Source of the DNA: an uncultured virus (IMG/VR IMGVR_UViG_3300021092_000032)
Taxonomy: Duplodnaviria; Heunggongvirae; Uroviricota; Caudoviricetes
Virus record (IMG/VR): IMGVR_UViG_3300021092_000032
DNA length: 64,000 bases
Direction: 5' to 3' (one strand)
Position 1 is the first letter of the stretch; each line of letters starts with the position of its first letter. A model generated the notes under the pieces. That model searched no databases. It was not told the origin of the DNA and worked only from the letters and a program-made list of their open reading frames with translations. A program made the position numbers and the translations under genes. Below are positions 37,709 through 45,752 of the stretch, piece by piece.

Positions 37709-38518
37709 ATGACTACCCCCTGCATTGCCATTGAACTGAGCAACGCGGAGTACCATGAGCACCCTGCTGTCTCGAAAAGCCACCTGGACAAGGTTGCGAA
37801 AAGTCCAGCGCATTACTGGGCCAACTTTCTTGACCCAGAGCGCGTACCGATGGCTCCAACCGACGCCATGGTCCTGGGCACCGCATTACATACCGCCGTG
37901 CTGGAGCCCCACCTATGGAGCGAGCAGTTTGCCATCGCTCCTGATGGCATTGACAGGCGTTACAAGGCTGGGAAAGAAGCCTGGGCCGCTTTTGAAGCCG
38001 AAGCCCAAGGCAAAACGGTTATGACGGCTGAAGATGGCCAACGTATCCAGCGGATGGCCCAGGCAGTGCATCAGCACCCGGCCAGCAGCATCCTTCTCAA
38101 CCTGCCAGGGGTTGTGGAAGCCAGCTACTTCTGGACTGACGACGAGACCGGCCTTGAATGCAAGAGCCGGCCCGACTGGCACAGCACGGACCGCCGTCTG
38201 ATTGTTGACCTCAAAACTACTCAAGACGCCAGCCCCCAAGGTTTCCAGCGTTCGGTGGCCAAGTGGCGTTACCACGTTCAGGCCCACTGGTATCAACGCC
38301 CCTTTGCCGAAGCTGAACATTTCCTTTTCGTGGCAGTGGAAACGACCGCGCCTTTTCTGGTGGCGGTTTATGCGGCAACCCCTGCAATGGTTGCAGCCGG
38401 CGCCCGCGTTGCTGAACGTGACCTGCGCCTCATTGCTTCATGCCGCCAGTCCAACGAATGGCCTGGTTACGGCGACACCATCCAACCCCTCGACCTACCT
38501 AACTGGTGTAATGACTGA
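37709..38518 (+). CDS. PD-(D/E)xK exonuclease, RecE/Exo VIII-like
   Basis: EYH...SKS.L...SP.HY, GTA.H..VLEP, E.S.FW, CK.RPD, VDLKT, YH.QA.WY. Confidence 0.88.
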   Translation: MTTPCIAIELSNAEYHEHPAVSKSHLDKVAKSPAHYWANFLDPERVPMAPTDAMVLGTALHTAVLEPHLWSEQFAIAPDGIDRRYKAGKEAWAAFEAEAQGKTVMTAEDGQRIQRMAQAVHQHPASSILLNLPGVVEASYFWTDDETGLECKSRPDWHSTDRRLIVDLKTTQDASPQGFQRSVAKWRYHVQAHWYQRPFAEAEHFLFVAVETTAPFLVAVYAATPAMVAAGARVAERDLRLIASCRQSNEWPGYGDTIQPLDLPNWCND

Positions 38519-39281
38519 TTCAACCGCTTTGACCACAACGGCTCAGGCGCCTGCAGCAATGGCGTCCAAAATCCAACTCGAAATACAGGAGTTTGAACTC
38601 GACTGGCGCCGCGCCAAGGCATTGAGCATGAGCCGGATGGTGCCGCCGCACTTTCAAAACCATGCTGAGGACTGCATGGTGGCCGTAATGATGGCCCGGA
38701 CACTTGACATAGACCCGCTGCGGGCTGTGCAAAACATTCACGTCGTCAACGGCCGGCCTGGCTTTGACGCCAGTTTCACTATTGGGTTGGCAAATACGCG
38801 AGGGCCGTTTACCGGCCCAATCACCTGGACAACGCAGGGGCAAGGCGAAGATTTGAGTGTGACAGCGGAAGCAACAATTCGCTCCACTGGGCAAACAGTC
38901 ACCAGCACCGTTTCCATGCAAATTGCCAGGGCTGAAGGCTGGACCAAGAACCCCAAATACCGCACGATGCCAGAGCAGATGCTCAAATACCGGTCAGCGA
39001 CGTGGCTGATACGTTTGCATTGCCCTGAAGTATTGATGGGCCTGCAGTCCAGCGAAGAACTGGCAGACGTGCAGTATGTGCAGGTCAAAGAAGAGCCAAA
39101 GCGATCAAATGGAAGGCGTAGCACAAACGCCGTAGCAGACATTAACCAACAAATCAAAGAAATGGCTGCAATGGTGGAAGTGTCACAAACTGCGCCTACA
39201 TCCGTGGGCGCTGCAGAACAGGATTTGTCAAGCACGCCAATAGAAGGAGGCAGCGGGCAGATTGACGATCCATTCGCATAA
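38511..39281 (+). CDS. Single-strand annealing protein, RecT/Redbeta-like
   Basis: VP.HF...DC..A......DP....Q.I.VV.GRP; A..EGW.KNP.Y..MP.QML.YR; G....EE; paired with the exonuclease. Confidence 0.78.
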   Translation: MTDSTALTTTAQAPAAMASKIQLEIQEFELDWRRAKALSMSRMVPPHFQNHAEDCMVAVMMARTLDIDPLRAVQNIHVVNGRPGFDASFTIGLANTRGPFTGPITWTTQGQGEDLSVTAEATIRSTGQTVTSTVSMQIARAEGWTKNPKYRTMPEQMLKYRSATWLIRLHCPEVLMGLQSSEELADVQYVQVKEEPKRSNGRRSTNAVADINQQIKEMAAMVEVSQTAPTSVGAAEQDLSSTPIEGGSGQIDDPFA

Positions 39282-39293
39282 GGGAAACTGTTT

Positions 39294-39509
39294 ATGAGTG
39301 AACGTCTCTACTTAACGAGCAAGGAGCTCGCCCATCGGTGGCGGCTCAGTGAACAAACGCTGGCGAACTGGCGCCACGCGAAGAAAGGCCCGCCATTCTT
39401 GCGCATCGGCGGGCGCATTTTGTACCCACTTTTAACAACACACGATTACGAGCACAAATGGCTTACACAGCACAACTCACAGGCAACCTTGGCCGCGACC
39501 CGGAGCTGA
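39294..39509 (+). CDS. Excisionase/AlpA-like helix-turn-helix protein
   Basis: YLT.KELA.RW.LS..TL.NWR...GP.F.RIG.RI.Y. Confidence 0.8.
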   Translation: MSERLYLTSKELAHRWRLSEQTLANWRHAKKGPPFLRIGGRILYPLLTTHDYEHKWLTQHNSQATLAATRS

Positions 39510-39907
39510 GATACCTGGACAACGGCAAGATCGTTGCGAACTTTACTGTCGCCGTGCGGCAAAGTAAAAAGGAAGCGCCGGCGCGATGGGTCAAGGTTGC
39601 CATCTGGGGCAAGCCTGCTGAATACGTTGGCGACTACGTCCGCAAGGGCGACAGCGTGCTGCTCATGGGCCGCGTGGAAGCGCCTGAGGTTTACACGCGG
39701 AATGACGGCAGCACTGGCATCGCCGAAGTATTTGTCGCAGACAACGTTGAAAAGTTTGGCGAGCGCCAGCAGCAGGGCCAGGCTGCGCCAGCGCCCACGC
39801 GCACGCCACCGGAGCGGCCTGTGTACAAACAAGCTCCTCCGGTGGCTGCAATGGCCCCGCCTGTTGGTTTGCAGCAACAGCCCACGGACAACGACATACC
39901 TTTCTGA
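39458..39907 (+). CDS. ssb: Single-stranded DNA-binding protein
   Basis: LTGNLGRDPELRY, W..V..WGK.AE....Y..KG, C-terminal DIPF. Confidence 0.95.
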   Translation: MAYTAQLTGNLGRDPELRYLDNGKIVANFTVAVRQSKKEAPARWVKVAIWGKPAEYVGDYVRKGDSVLLMGRVEAPEVYTRNDGSTGIAEVFVADNVEKFGERQQQGQAAPAPTRTPPERPVYKQAPPVAAMAPPVGLQQQPTDNDIPF

Positions 39908-39947
39908 TCTGCATCTGGGCCCGCTTTGGCGGGCCTTGCCACCAATC

Positions 39948-40412
39948 ATGGACGCCGACTACATCACATGGCTACGCCGGCAGTACCGCTGTCAAGACGT
40001 GCTCAATCTTGTCCACTTGAGCGCTCTGGGCACCGGCTGGCACCGGCTGGCTGACCTGGCGGTGACCTTTGGCAGCCACGCTAAAACCACCAATCAATCG
40101 ATGCTCCGGTTACGCCGGCACGGCCTTGTCCAGTATGTGAGCTATGGCAAGGGCGGCACCTTTATATGGTGGTACAAGCGCCACCCAAGCGACCGGCCGA
40201 ACATTCAGAGAGACTGGCCGCGTTGGGTGCTGCGCGACACGACCATGCGCTGCAACCTGGAAGTGATGCTGGGTGAGCAGTCGCAACTGGCTGACCGCCT
40301 GCATTTGCACCCAGGCACAGTCCGTAACTTTCTTGCCGGCAGGACGCACCGCCTATTGGACCGTTACGAGCTGGTTTACGAGCCTGCCGAATGGCTGGCG
40401 CGGAACGGTTGA
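39948..40412 (+). CDS. Hypothetical, probable DNA-binding protein (winged HTH + HTH)
   Basis: LA..F......SM.RL...GLV and LADRLHLHPGTVRNFL patterns. Confidence 0.5.
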   Translation: MDADYITWLRRQYRCQDVLNLVHLSALGTGWHRLADLAVTFGSHAKTTNQSMLRLRRHGLVQYVSYGKGGTFIWWYKRHPSDRPNIQRDWPRWVLRDTTMRCNLEVMLGEQSQLADRLHLHPGTVRNFLAGRTHRLLDRYELVYEPAEWLARNG

Positions 40413-40804
40413 TGTCGGAACGCATACCCCCTATTGCGACAACGCGTGAGCAGCGCCTTACTGCTGGCTTACGTGCTGCCAGGCTGGCCATCGGCTGGAC
40501 CCAGGGTGAACTCGCCGCTGCAGCTGGCGTCGGCACCGTCACCGTGGCAAGGATGGAAGCAGGCCTGATGTCGCCCCGCCTGAGCACCCTTAGCAAGCTG
40601 CAGGACACCCTGGAGGCCGCAGGCGTGCTGATCCATGCCAACGATCCGCCGGGCGGGGCATCGTTAGTGCTCAGTCCCAAGGCAATCCTCGAAAGCCGTC
40701 GCCGCTATGAAGAAGCCCGCCGCCACCGCAGTCAGGGCCAGGGCGGCGACAATGTTTCAATTTGCAACAGCCCTGATGTGAGCACTCGGGTTGAGCACGC
40801 ATGA
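40412..40804 (+). CDS. XRE-family HTH transcriptional regulator
   Basis: LRAARLAIGWTQGELAAAAGVGTVTVARMEAG...L..L..TLE.AGV. Confidence 0.88.
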   Translation: MSERIPPIATTREQRLTAGLRAARLAIGWTQGELAAAAGVGTVTVARMEAGLMSPRLSTLSKLQDTLEAAGVLIHANDPPGGASLVLSPKAILESRRRYEEARRHRSQGQGGDNVSICNSPDVSTRVEHA

Positions 40805-40847
40805 TGAAGGGGTCAAGGGCGGCGACGCCCACACCACCCCACCAGTC
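40753..40847 (+). promoter_or_regulatory. Operator-promoter-hairpin cassette, copy 1
   Basis: TGTTTCAATTTGCAACA, CATGAT (40800), GGGCG-GCGA-CGCCC, C-rich leader. Confidence 0.7.
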
Positions 40848-41006
40848 ATGAAAGTCACCCGCTCTTCCACCATCGCTCGCGCCATACAGGCCGAGGTCGG
40901 CGGCAGCTTCCTTCACATCCTCGCCAAGGTTGCCGGCATTGTGCTGATGAACCCCACCTGGACCGACGAGGAAGTGGCTGGCGCCTACGCCACCATGCCT
41001 GAATAA
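40848..41006 (+). CDS. Small protein, paralog of 41786..41941
   Basis: Shared IARAIQAE.GG...I.AKVAG..LMNPTWTDEE. Confidence 0.75.
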   Translation: MKVTRSSTIARAIQAEVGGSFLHILAKVAGIVLMNPTWTDEEVAGAYATMPE

Positions 41007-41037
41007 CGCTTACCGATCACCCCCACCCCACCCAACC

Positions 41038-41259
41038 ATGACCACCCTCACCGCTTGCCCCGACAACGTGTGCCCGCAGGTCTGGGCCACGCTGCGCAAC
41101 TTCCCCACTGCCGATGCTGCCCTGGCCAGCCTGGCCGCCAGCCGTTGGAGCACCGACAGCGCCGACGCCTTTCATGCCGAAGTGTTTGCGCACCCTGGCG
41201 GCTACAGCGCCAGGTTTGTTATTGACGGCAAGGTGTCCGGCTACCTTTGCCGCGTTTAG
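41038..41259 (+). CDS. Small hypothetical protein
   Basis: C-rich leader CCCCACCCAACC before the ATG. Confidence 0.6.
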   Translation: MTTLTACPDNVCPQVWATLRNFPTADAALASLAASRWSTDSADAFHAEVFAHPGGYSARFVIDGKVSGYLCRV

Positions 41260-41374
41260 CCGGTAGCCTGCGGCCAGCCGGGTCGGCCCTCCCCGTAAGG
41301 GTGGGCGCCTCCGTAGTCATGTCAGGGGTGGCGTGGCTACCGGAGATGGAGGTATCGGAGGCCCGGTCCCTCTT

Positions 41375-41472
41375 TGTTTCGTTTTGCAACAGGCTCCTTT
41401 CGCTGTTCGGCGCAGCCCACGCATGATTCAGGTGTCAGGGGGCAGGGATGCCCCCACCACCCCACCCCAACC
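41375..41472 (+). promoter_or_regulatory. Operator-promoter-hairpin cassette, copy 2
   Basis: TGTTTCGTTTTGCAACA, TTCGCT-17-CATGAT, GGGGGCA-GGGA-TGCCCCC. Confidence 0.8.
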
Positions 41473-41667
41473 ATGACCATCAACGAAGCCCTCAGCATCC
41501 TTGGCGAAGCTGGCATCGGCGTCATCAACAACCGGGCCGCTTTCAGCAGCAGCCGCCGGGGCATCCACGGTCGCCCCACATACCGCGTCTACCTGCCCGG
41601 CGCAGCCAAGCCCCAGGTCTGCACGCTCCGCCAAGTGCGCGAGCTGGCCATCGCGCAGCTCGGGTAG
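41473..41667 (+). CDS. Small hypothetical protein (64 aa)
   Basis: ATG directly after the cassette leader. Confidence 0.65.
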   Translation: MTINEALSILGEAGIGVINNRAAFSSSRRGIHGRPTYRVYLPGAAKPQVCTLRQVRELAIAQLG

Positions 41668-41687
41668 GGCCGGTCCCGGCCCACCTT

Positions 41688-41785
41688 TGTTTCGTTTTGC
41701 AACAGGCTCCTTTCGCTGCTCAGTGAGCTGCCTGCATGATTCAAGTGTCAGGGGGCAGCGACGCCTCCACCACCCCACCCCAACC
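41688..41785 (+). promoter_or_regulatory. Operator-promoter-hairpin cassette, copy 3
   Basis: Near-identical to copy 2; GCGA-loop hairpin at 41751-41768. Confidence 0.8.
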
Positions 41786-41941
41786 ATGAAAGCCACTCGT
41801 ACCCTCGCCATTGCTCGCGCTATCCAAGCCGAGATCGGTGGCAACGTTCGCCGCATACAAGCCAAGGTCGCCGGCGTGGCTCTGATGAACCCCACCTGGA
41901 CCGACGAAGAGCTCGCCTGCCACTTCGCCATTCATAACTGA
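41786..41941 (+). CDS. Small protein, paralog of 40848..41006
   Basis: See paralog. Confidence 0.75.
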   Translation: MKATRTLAIARAIQAEIGGNVRRIQAKVAGVALMNPTWTDEELACHFAIHN

Positions 41942-41981
41942 GCCGCGCCTCAAGCCCATCGCACCCAACACGGCCCCCGCA

Positions 41982-42275
41982 ATGTCTCAATACCAGTTGC
42001 CGACCCACTGGGCAGATGCCCTTCTCAACGACGACTGGGATGACCTGGACGATGGCGAAACTTACTCCCTAGCCACCTTCCTCCTGATCGAGGGCCTGGG
42101 CCGTTGCTTGGACTGTGACGGCAAGAGCGAATACACGGCAACGCATGACGCCGCGCTCTATGGCGTTTTGCCTTGCTGGTGTTCGGTATACGACTTTGAC
42201 GAGCCCGAGCCCGAAGAAACCTGGGACAGCCACCCCAGTCTGACGGCTGAGCAACGCAATCCCACCCTGCGCTGA
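41982..42275 (+). CDS. Small acidic hypothetical protein
   Basis: Asp/Glu-rich (LLNDDWDDLDDGE; DEPEPEETWD). Confidence 0.65.
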   Translation: MSQYQLPTHWADALLNDDWDDLDDGETYSLATFLLIEGLGRCLDCDGKSEYTATHDAALYGVLPCWCSVYDFDEPEPEETWDSHPSLTAEQRNPTLR

Positions 42276-42282
42276 ACTGCCT

Positions 42283-42396
42283 CATTTCGTTCTGCAACAT
42301 CCGCCGATTTTTTCCTTTCGGCCGCCCGATGGCTCCCTGCATGATTCAAGTGTCGGGGCCATCGATGCCCCACAACCACCCCAAAGGAGCAACCCA
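42283..42396 (+). promoter_or_regulatory. Operator-promoter-hairpin cassette, copy 4
   Basis: CATTTCGTTCTGCAACA, TTCGGC-17-CATGAT, GGGGC...GCCCC, AAGGAG. Confidence 0.75.
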
Positions 42397-42837
42397 ATGA
42401 CAACCACTACCGCACTCCCGGCCTGGCTGCCCGAAGCCGCTGGGCTCATTGCTAACGGCGCCAAGAAGGCAGACATCGCCAGCCAGTTCGGCACAACCCG
42501 TACCAACCTGCGGGCTCTGCTCAAGACCGCTGGCCTGTTTCAAAAGCCTGTGGCTGACGCCAACCGCGCCGCACGCCGCGCCGCCCGCAAGGCTGCAAAG
42601 GCTGACACGCCTGCCGCCGCAACAGCCGACGCCAGCGCACCCGCCAGCGCCCCCATCACGGACCAGCTTGCCCAGTTACACCAGCTTGCTGAAAACCTCT
42701 CCGCCTACGACATGCGGTTGTTGGCCCGCAAGCACGGCATCAAGAAAACAGTTGACGGCAAGCCCATAGGCAGCGCCGCAAAGGCAGCAATCCTGGAAGC
42801 CGTGGAGATGGCCGCCCTAACTGCGGCCAACGCCTGA
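42397..42837 (+). CDS. Protein with N-terminal HTH and C-terminal Rho-N/HeH-like motif
   Basis: G.KKADIASQFGTTRTNLR; LS..DMR.LARKHGIK...K.AIL.AV. Confidence 0.55.
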   Translation: MTTTTALPAWLPEAAGLIANGAKKADIASQFGTTRTNLRALLKTAGLFQKPVADANRAARRAARKAAKADTPAAATADASAPASAPITDQLAQLHQLAENLSAYDMRLLARKHGIKKTVDGKPIGSAAKAAILEAVEMAALTAANA

Positions 42838-42891
42838 CCCCTTCGGGCCCTGGGCGACCGGGGCCCAATCCACCCCACCTGCATCACACCC

Positions 42892-43278
42892 ATGTACTTC
42901 ACAACGCACGAAGCCACCGAGCTACACCTGTACGCCTCCAACGACAGCCGCTGCTACGAGTCATACCTGCTGCCGGCCCTGCAAAACCTGGAACGCAAGT
43001 GGCGCAAAGACACGTTCATCTACGACCTGGGCCTGCGTCTGCTTAGCCGTTACACGCTGGTGGCCATTGCCAAGCAATACCGCCGGGAGCACGGCGGCAT
43101 CACTGACAACTGGAACAGGCTGTTCCCTGTTGCCGCCCGCCAAGAAGTGGCCGAAACGCTACTGGACAGCTTTGTCACCGAAATGCGTTGCGGCAACACC
43201 TACCTCACACCGCGCAAGGCATCGGGTAGCTACCGTGCAGGTGCCCGGCCTGCGTCCGCCACGGCGCCCAAGGCCTGA
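42892..43278 (+). CDS. Hypothetical phage protein
   Basis: Preceded by a GCGA hairpin and C-rich leader; 128 aa ORF. Confidence 0.65.
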   Translation: MYFTTHEATELHLYASNDSRCYESYLLPALQNLERKWRKDTFIYDLGLRLLSRYTLVAIAKQYRREHGGITDNWNRLFPVAARQEVAETLLDSFVTEMRCGNTYLTPRKASGSYRAGARPASATAPKA

Positions 43279-43310
43279 AGGCGCAACACCGCTGACGCGC
43301 CTGCAACAGC

Positions 43311-43420
43311 ACTGACCTCGCAAAACCTCAACAGACCTCAGGGAACCTCAGGGAACCTCTTGGAACCTCATGGAACCTCATGGAACTTCAATAGACCTCA
43401 GGGAACTTCAATAGACCTCA
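43311..43420 (+). repeat. Decamer array (11 units)
   Basis: Unbroken 10-bp period of nn(G/A)AC(C/T)TC(A) units. Confidence 0.95.
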
Positions 43421-43423
43421 AGG

Positions 43424-43936
43424 ATGTCCAGTCATGAGAGCTGCCCTTTGTGCTTCAGCAGCCACACGGATGTCGTTGAGTCGCGTTTGTGCAGCAACGG
43501 TACGCGCCGCCGCCGGCATAACTGCCTGCACTGCGGCCACCGCTGGACAGTTTGGGACGGTCAGCGTCCCAGCTTGGCTGCGATTGCTAGGCAAAAGATG
43601 AAGCCTCCCGGCCGCCAGAACACCGCCCGGCTTACGGCGGCACAAGTGCGGGTAGTCCTGCTGGCGCGGGACGTTACTCATTACGCAATGGCTAAACAGG
43701 TTGGCTTCAGCCCTGAAACCATTCGGCAGGTGCGTTATGGCGCCACTCATGCCAAGTTGCACCCTGAGATCGCCCGCTGGGCTCCACCAGCATCCGGCCA
43801 GGTTGTGCAACCTGCCAACAACGAGCCAAGCTGCTACGCCTGCTGCCACTGGAACGACCGCTGTGCCTTCGGGTTCCCAGACCCATTGCAGGAAGGGCCC
43901 GGCTTCGCGGCCGACTGCGACCTGTACGACACCTGA
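43424..43936 (+). CDS. Zn-ribbon (NrdR-N/Ogr-like) + HTH + Cys cluster protein, putative transcription factor
   Basis: CPLC...T.VVESR...RRRRH.C..CGHRWT; MAKQVGFSPETIRQVR; C..C.HW...C...C. Confidence 0.7.
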   Translation: MSSHESCPLCFSSHTDVVESRLCSNGTRRRRHNCLHCGHRWTVWDGQRPSLAAIARQKMKPPGRQNTARLTAAQVRVVLLARDVTHYAMAKQVGFSPETIRQVRYGATHAKLHPEIARWAPPASGQVVQPANNEPSCYACCHWNDRCAFGFPDPLQEGPGFAADCDLYDT

Positions 43937-43953
43937 AACCGCAACTGCTGCCT

Positions 43954-44040
43954 CATTTCGTTTTGCATCAACGTCTGGCGCTCAGCGGCCAGGGCTTGCA
44001 TGATTGCAGCAGCGAAGGCGAACTTCGCACCACCCCACAC
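43954..44040 (+). promoter_or_regulatory. Operator-promoter-hairpin cassette, copy 5
   Basis: CATTTCGTTTTGCATCA, CATGAT (43999), GCGAAG-GCGAA-CTTCGC. Confidence 0.7.
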
Positions 44041-44148
44041 GCACTCACAACACTTTGCATCCATGCGGCTGCCTTGTGCTGGCCGCCCTGGGCCTTGGCG
44101 CCTTTGCTGTTTGGCCCAGAACTTGTAAAAACGCATTCCACCAGTACC

Positions 44149-44337
44149 ATGCGAACGTTTCTTGCATCTAGCGCCCTGTGCCTGAGCCTGGCGGCCGGGT
44201 TCTGGTTCGCTCTGACCAGCACCCTGACAGACATGACGAAAGCCGATTGTCTGGCCGGCAGACAACGCGCCTGCGAACAGCTGCAGCAAGATGGAGTACC
44301 ACTGGCTGGCCCGCCAACGAGCGATCGAGACCAGTGA
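44149..44337 (+). CDS. Small membrane/secreted protein
   Basis: Hydrophobic N-terminus, then TL.DMT..DC.AG...AC. Confidence 0.6.
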   Translation: MRTFLASSALCLSLAAGFWFALTSTLTDMTKADCLAGRQRACEQLQQDGVPLAGPPTSDRDQ

Positions 44338-44531
44338 GCTACGCCTTAATTCGTGGCGGTGCCTGGGTCACCGCACCCGAAGACCAGGGAGAGGGCCTGT
44401 TGTTGCCGCCGGTGCTGGGCCTTGGCCCAAAGGCGCAAGCCTGGCTCGCACCTGACCTTGATGCTGCGATTGAACGGTCCAGCCTGCTGCGCTGTTGCTG
44501 GGGCTGGAACACCGAAATCCGTGCCGTTTGA
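44334..44531 (+). CDS. Small hypothetical protein
   Basis: GTGA overlap with the previous stop. Confidence 0.5.
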   Translation: MSYALIRGGAWVTAPEDQGEGLLLPPVLGLGPKAQAWLAPDLDAAIERSSLLRCCWGWNTEIRAV

Positions 44532-44782
44532 TGAACACGCGGCTTCTCAACTCGCAGCCCTGGCGCTTTCGGATTGGTGAGAGGGTATTTGTCCGTGGTT
44601 GGTCTGTGCTTGAAGAAGGCTACATAGTCGAGATGGTGCAGCCCGCTCCAGGGGGCTTCCCTCATTACCTCGTTGCAACGCGGGCCGGCGCAGAGTGGCA
44701 GATTGCTCAATTAGAACTGTCGCGGAGCCCTATTGGCATGGTGCAAAACGCCAAGCCAGGGAGCCGCAAAAGACCTCAATAG
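44531..44782 (+). CDS. Small hypothetical protein (SH3-like pattern F.IG..V.V)
   Basis: TGATG overlap with the previous gene. Confidence 0.55.
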   Translation: MNTRLLNSQPWRFRIGERVFVRGWSVLEEGYIVEMVQPAPGGFPHYLVATRAGAEWQIAQLELSRSPIGMVQNAKPGSRKRPQ

Positions 44783-44829
44783 ACCTCAAGGAACCTCAAG
44801 GAACCTCAAGGAACCTCATGCAACCTCAT
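44770..44829 (+). repeat. Decamer array (6 units)
   Basis: 10-bp period. Confidence 0.92.
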
Positions 44830-44833
44830 CCCT

Positions 44834-44989
44834 ATGGACTCCAACTGCAACCCCGTTGAACAGCAGGCCATCCAAGACCGTTTGGACGCTTGGTACAAAG
44901 AGGATGGCCGCCACGATCCCAGGCACCCAGCCCACGCCACATACACCGGACTAGCTGCTAAATACGCGCAGCGCAGTGATCGTCGCTGA
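44834..44989 (+). CDS. Small hypothetical protein (51 aa), not in the ORF track
   Basis: MDSNCNPVEQQAIQDRLDAWYKEDGRHDPRHPAHATYTGLAAKY... Confidence 0.6.
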   Translation: MDSNCNPVEQQAIQDRLDAWYKEDGRHDPRHPAHATYTGLAAKYAQRSDRR

Positions 44990-45185
44990 AGCGTTCTGTT
45001 ACCAAGGCCAGTCCCACCCCTGTTATGGCGTACAAAGGCAGGTCCACGGATTGGATACTGTGTTTGTGCCATGGGTCCACGACGGCTGCGTTGTTTACTG
45101 GGGCCAGCCTCAGCACACGCGCAGCCAAGCCATGGATGAGGCCCGCAGTATGGCAGTGGTTATGAACCCCAGGTTTCCGGGTTAA
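44976..45185 (+). CDS. Small hypothetical protein
   Basis: Overlaps the previous gene and continues the operon. Confidence 0.5.
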   Translation: MIVAEAFCYQGQSHPCYGVQRQVHGLDTVFVPWVHDGCVVYWGQPQHTRSQAMDEARSMAVVMNPRFPG

Positions 45186-45435
45186 TAGCGCTGGCCCATG
45201 TCAAATACTCCTGATCCAAGGGCTCTGCGACACCTGCCTGCGCCAACAAGGCTTCGGCGCCGGCAACTTGATGGATGAGCTGTGCAGTCAAATCGGCTTG
45301 CTGACACCACATACGAAATAACTGTTCGGCCAGGCATCGCAGCTCATCTATATCGTCGCAGTTGCGGATGGCCCGCGCCTGTTTTTCTACTTCCAGCTCC
45401 TGCGTAAGCGGGAGGGTGAAGTTCAGCCAGGCCAT
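45160..45435 (-). CDS. Small helical protein, opposite strand to its neighbours
   Basis: MAWLNFTLPLTQELEVEKQARAIRNCDDIDELR... Confidence 0.6.
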   Translation of the reverse strand: MAWLNFTLPLTQELEVEKQARAIRNCDDIDELRCLAEQLFRMWCQQADLTAQLIHQVAGAEALLAQAGVAEPLDQEYLTWASAINPETWGS

Positions 45436-45506
45436 TATCAAAGCCCGCAGAATGTTCCACGGTAGCCACGGTATGCAGGCCCGGTCGCTTGCGGTGCGGG
45501 TGCCCT

Positions 45507-45740
45507 GCGGAACGGATAAAGGGAATGCGGGAACGGATGCGCAACGCTGAGACCACTTGTGGGGAACGGATGGAACGGCAGGAACGGATCCCCACCCCTA
45601 CAGCCCTATAGGGAGAAAAAACTTGCTCCCTGTTTTCTTTTATGTGCGTAAGTGACTCAGACCCATACCATCCATTCCATTTGTTCCCTACTGGGGTTTT
45701 GCCGTTCCCGTGCCGTTCCGTGCCGTTCCCGATGCGCCGT
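45507..45740. repeat. Inverted iteron-like set: 5x GGAACGG facing 3x CCGTTCC around an A/T-rich core
   Basis: GGAACGG at 45509, 45530, 45563, 45572, 45581; CCGTTCC at 45702, 45713, 45723. Confidence 0.8.
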
Positions 45741-45752
45741 AGGAATGCGTTG

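Noticed and set aside
41375..41391. Cassette palindrome as an NtcA box
   Set aside because: NtcA is GTA-N8-TAC; this site is GTT-N9-AAC.
43311..43420. Decamer arrays or the ~95-bp cassette repeats as a CRISPR array
   Set aside because: The decamers are contiguous with no spacers; the cassette copies are separated by whole genes of unequal length; no cas genes.
43424..43936. Bona fide nrdR
   Set aside because: Only the zinc ribbon matches; the ATP-cone is replaced by an HTH and a Cys cluster.
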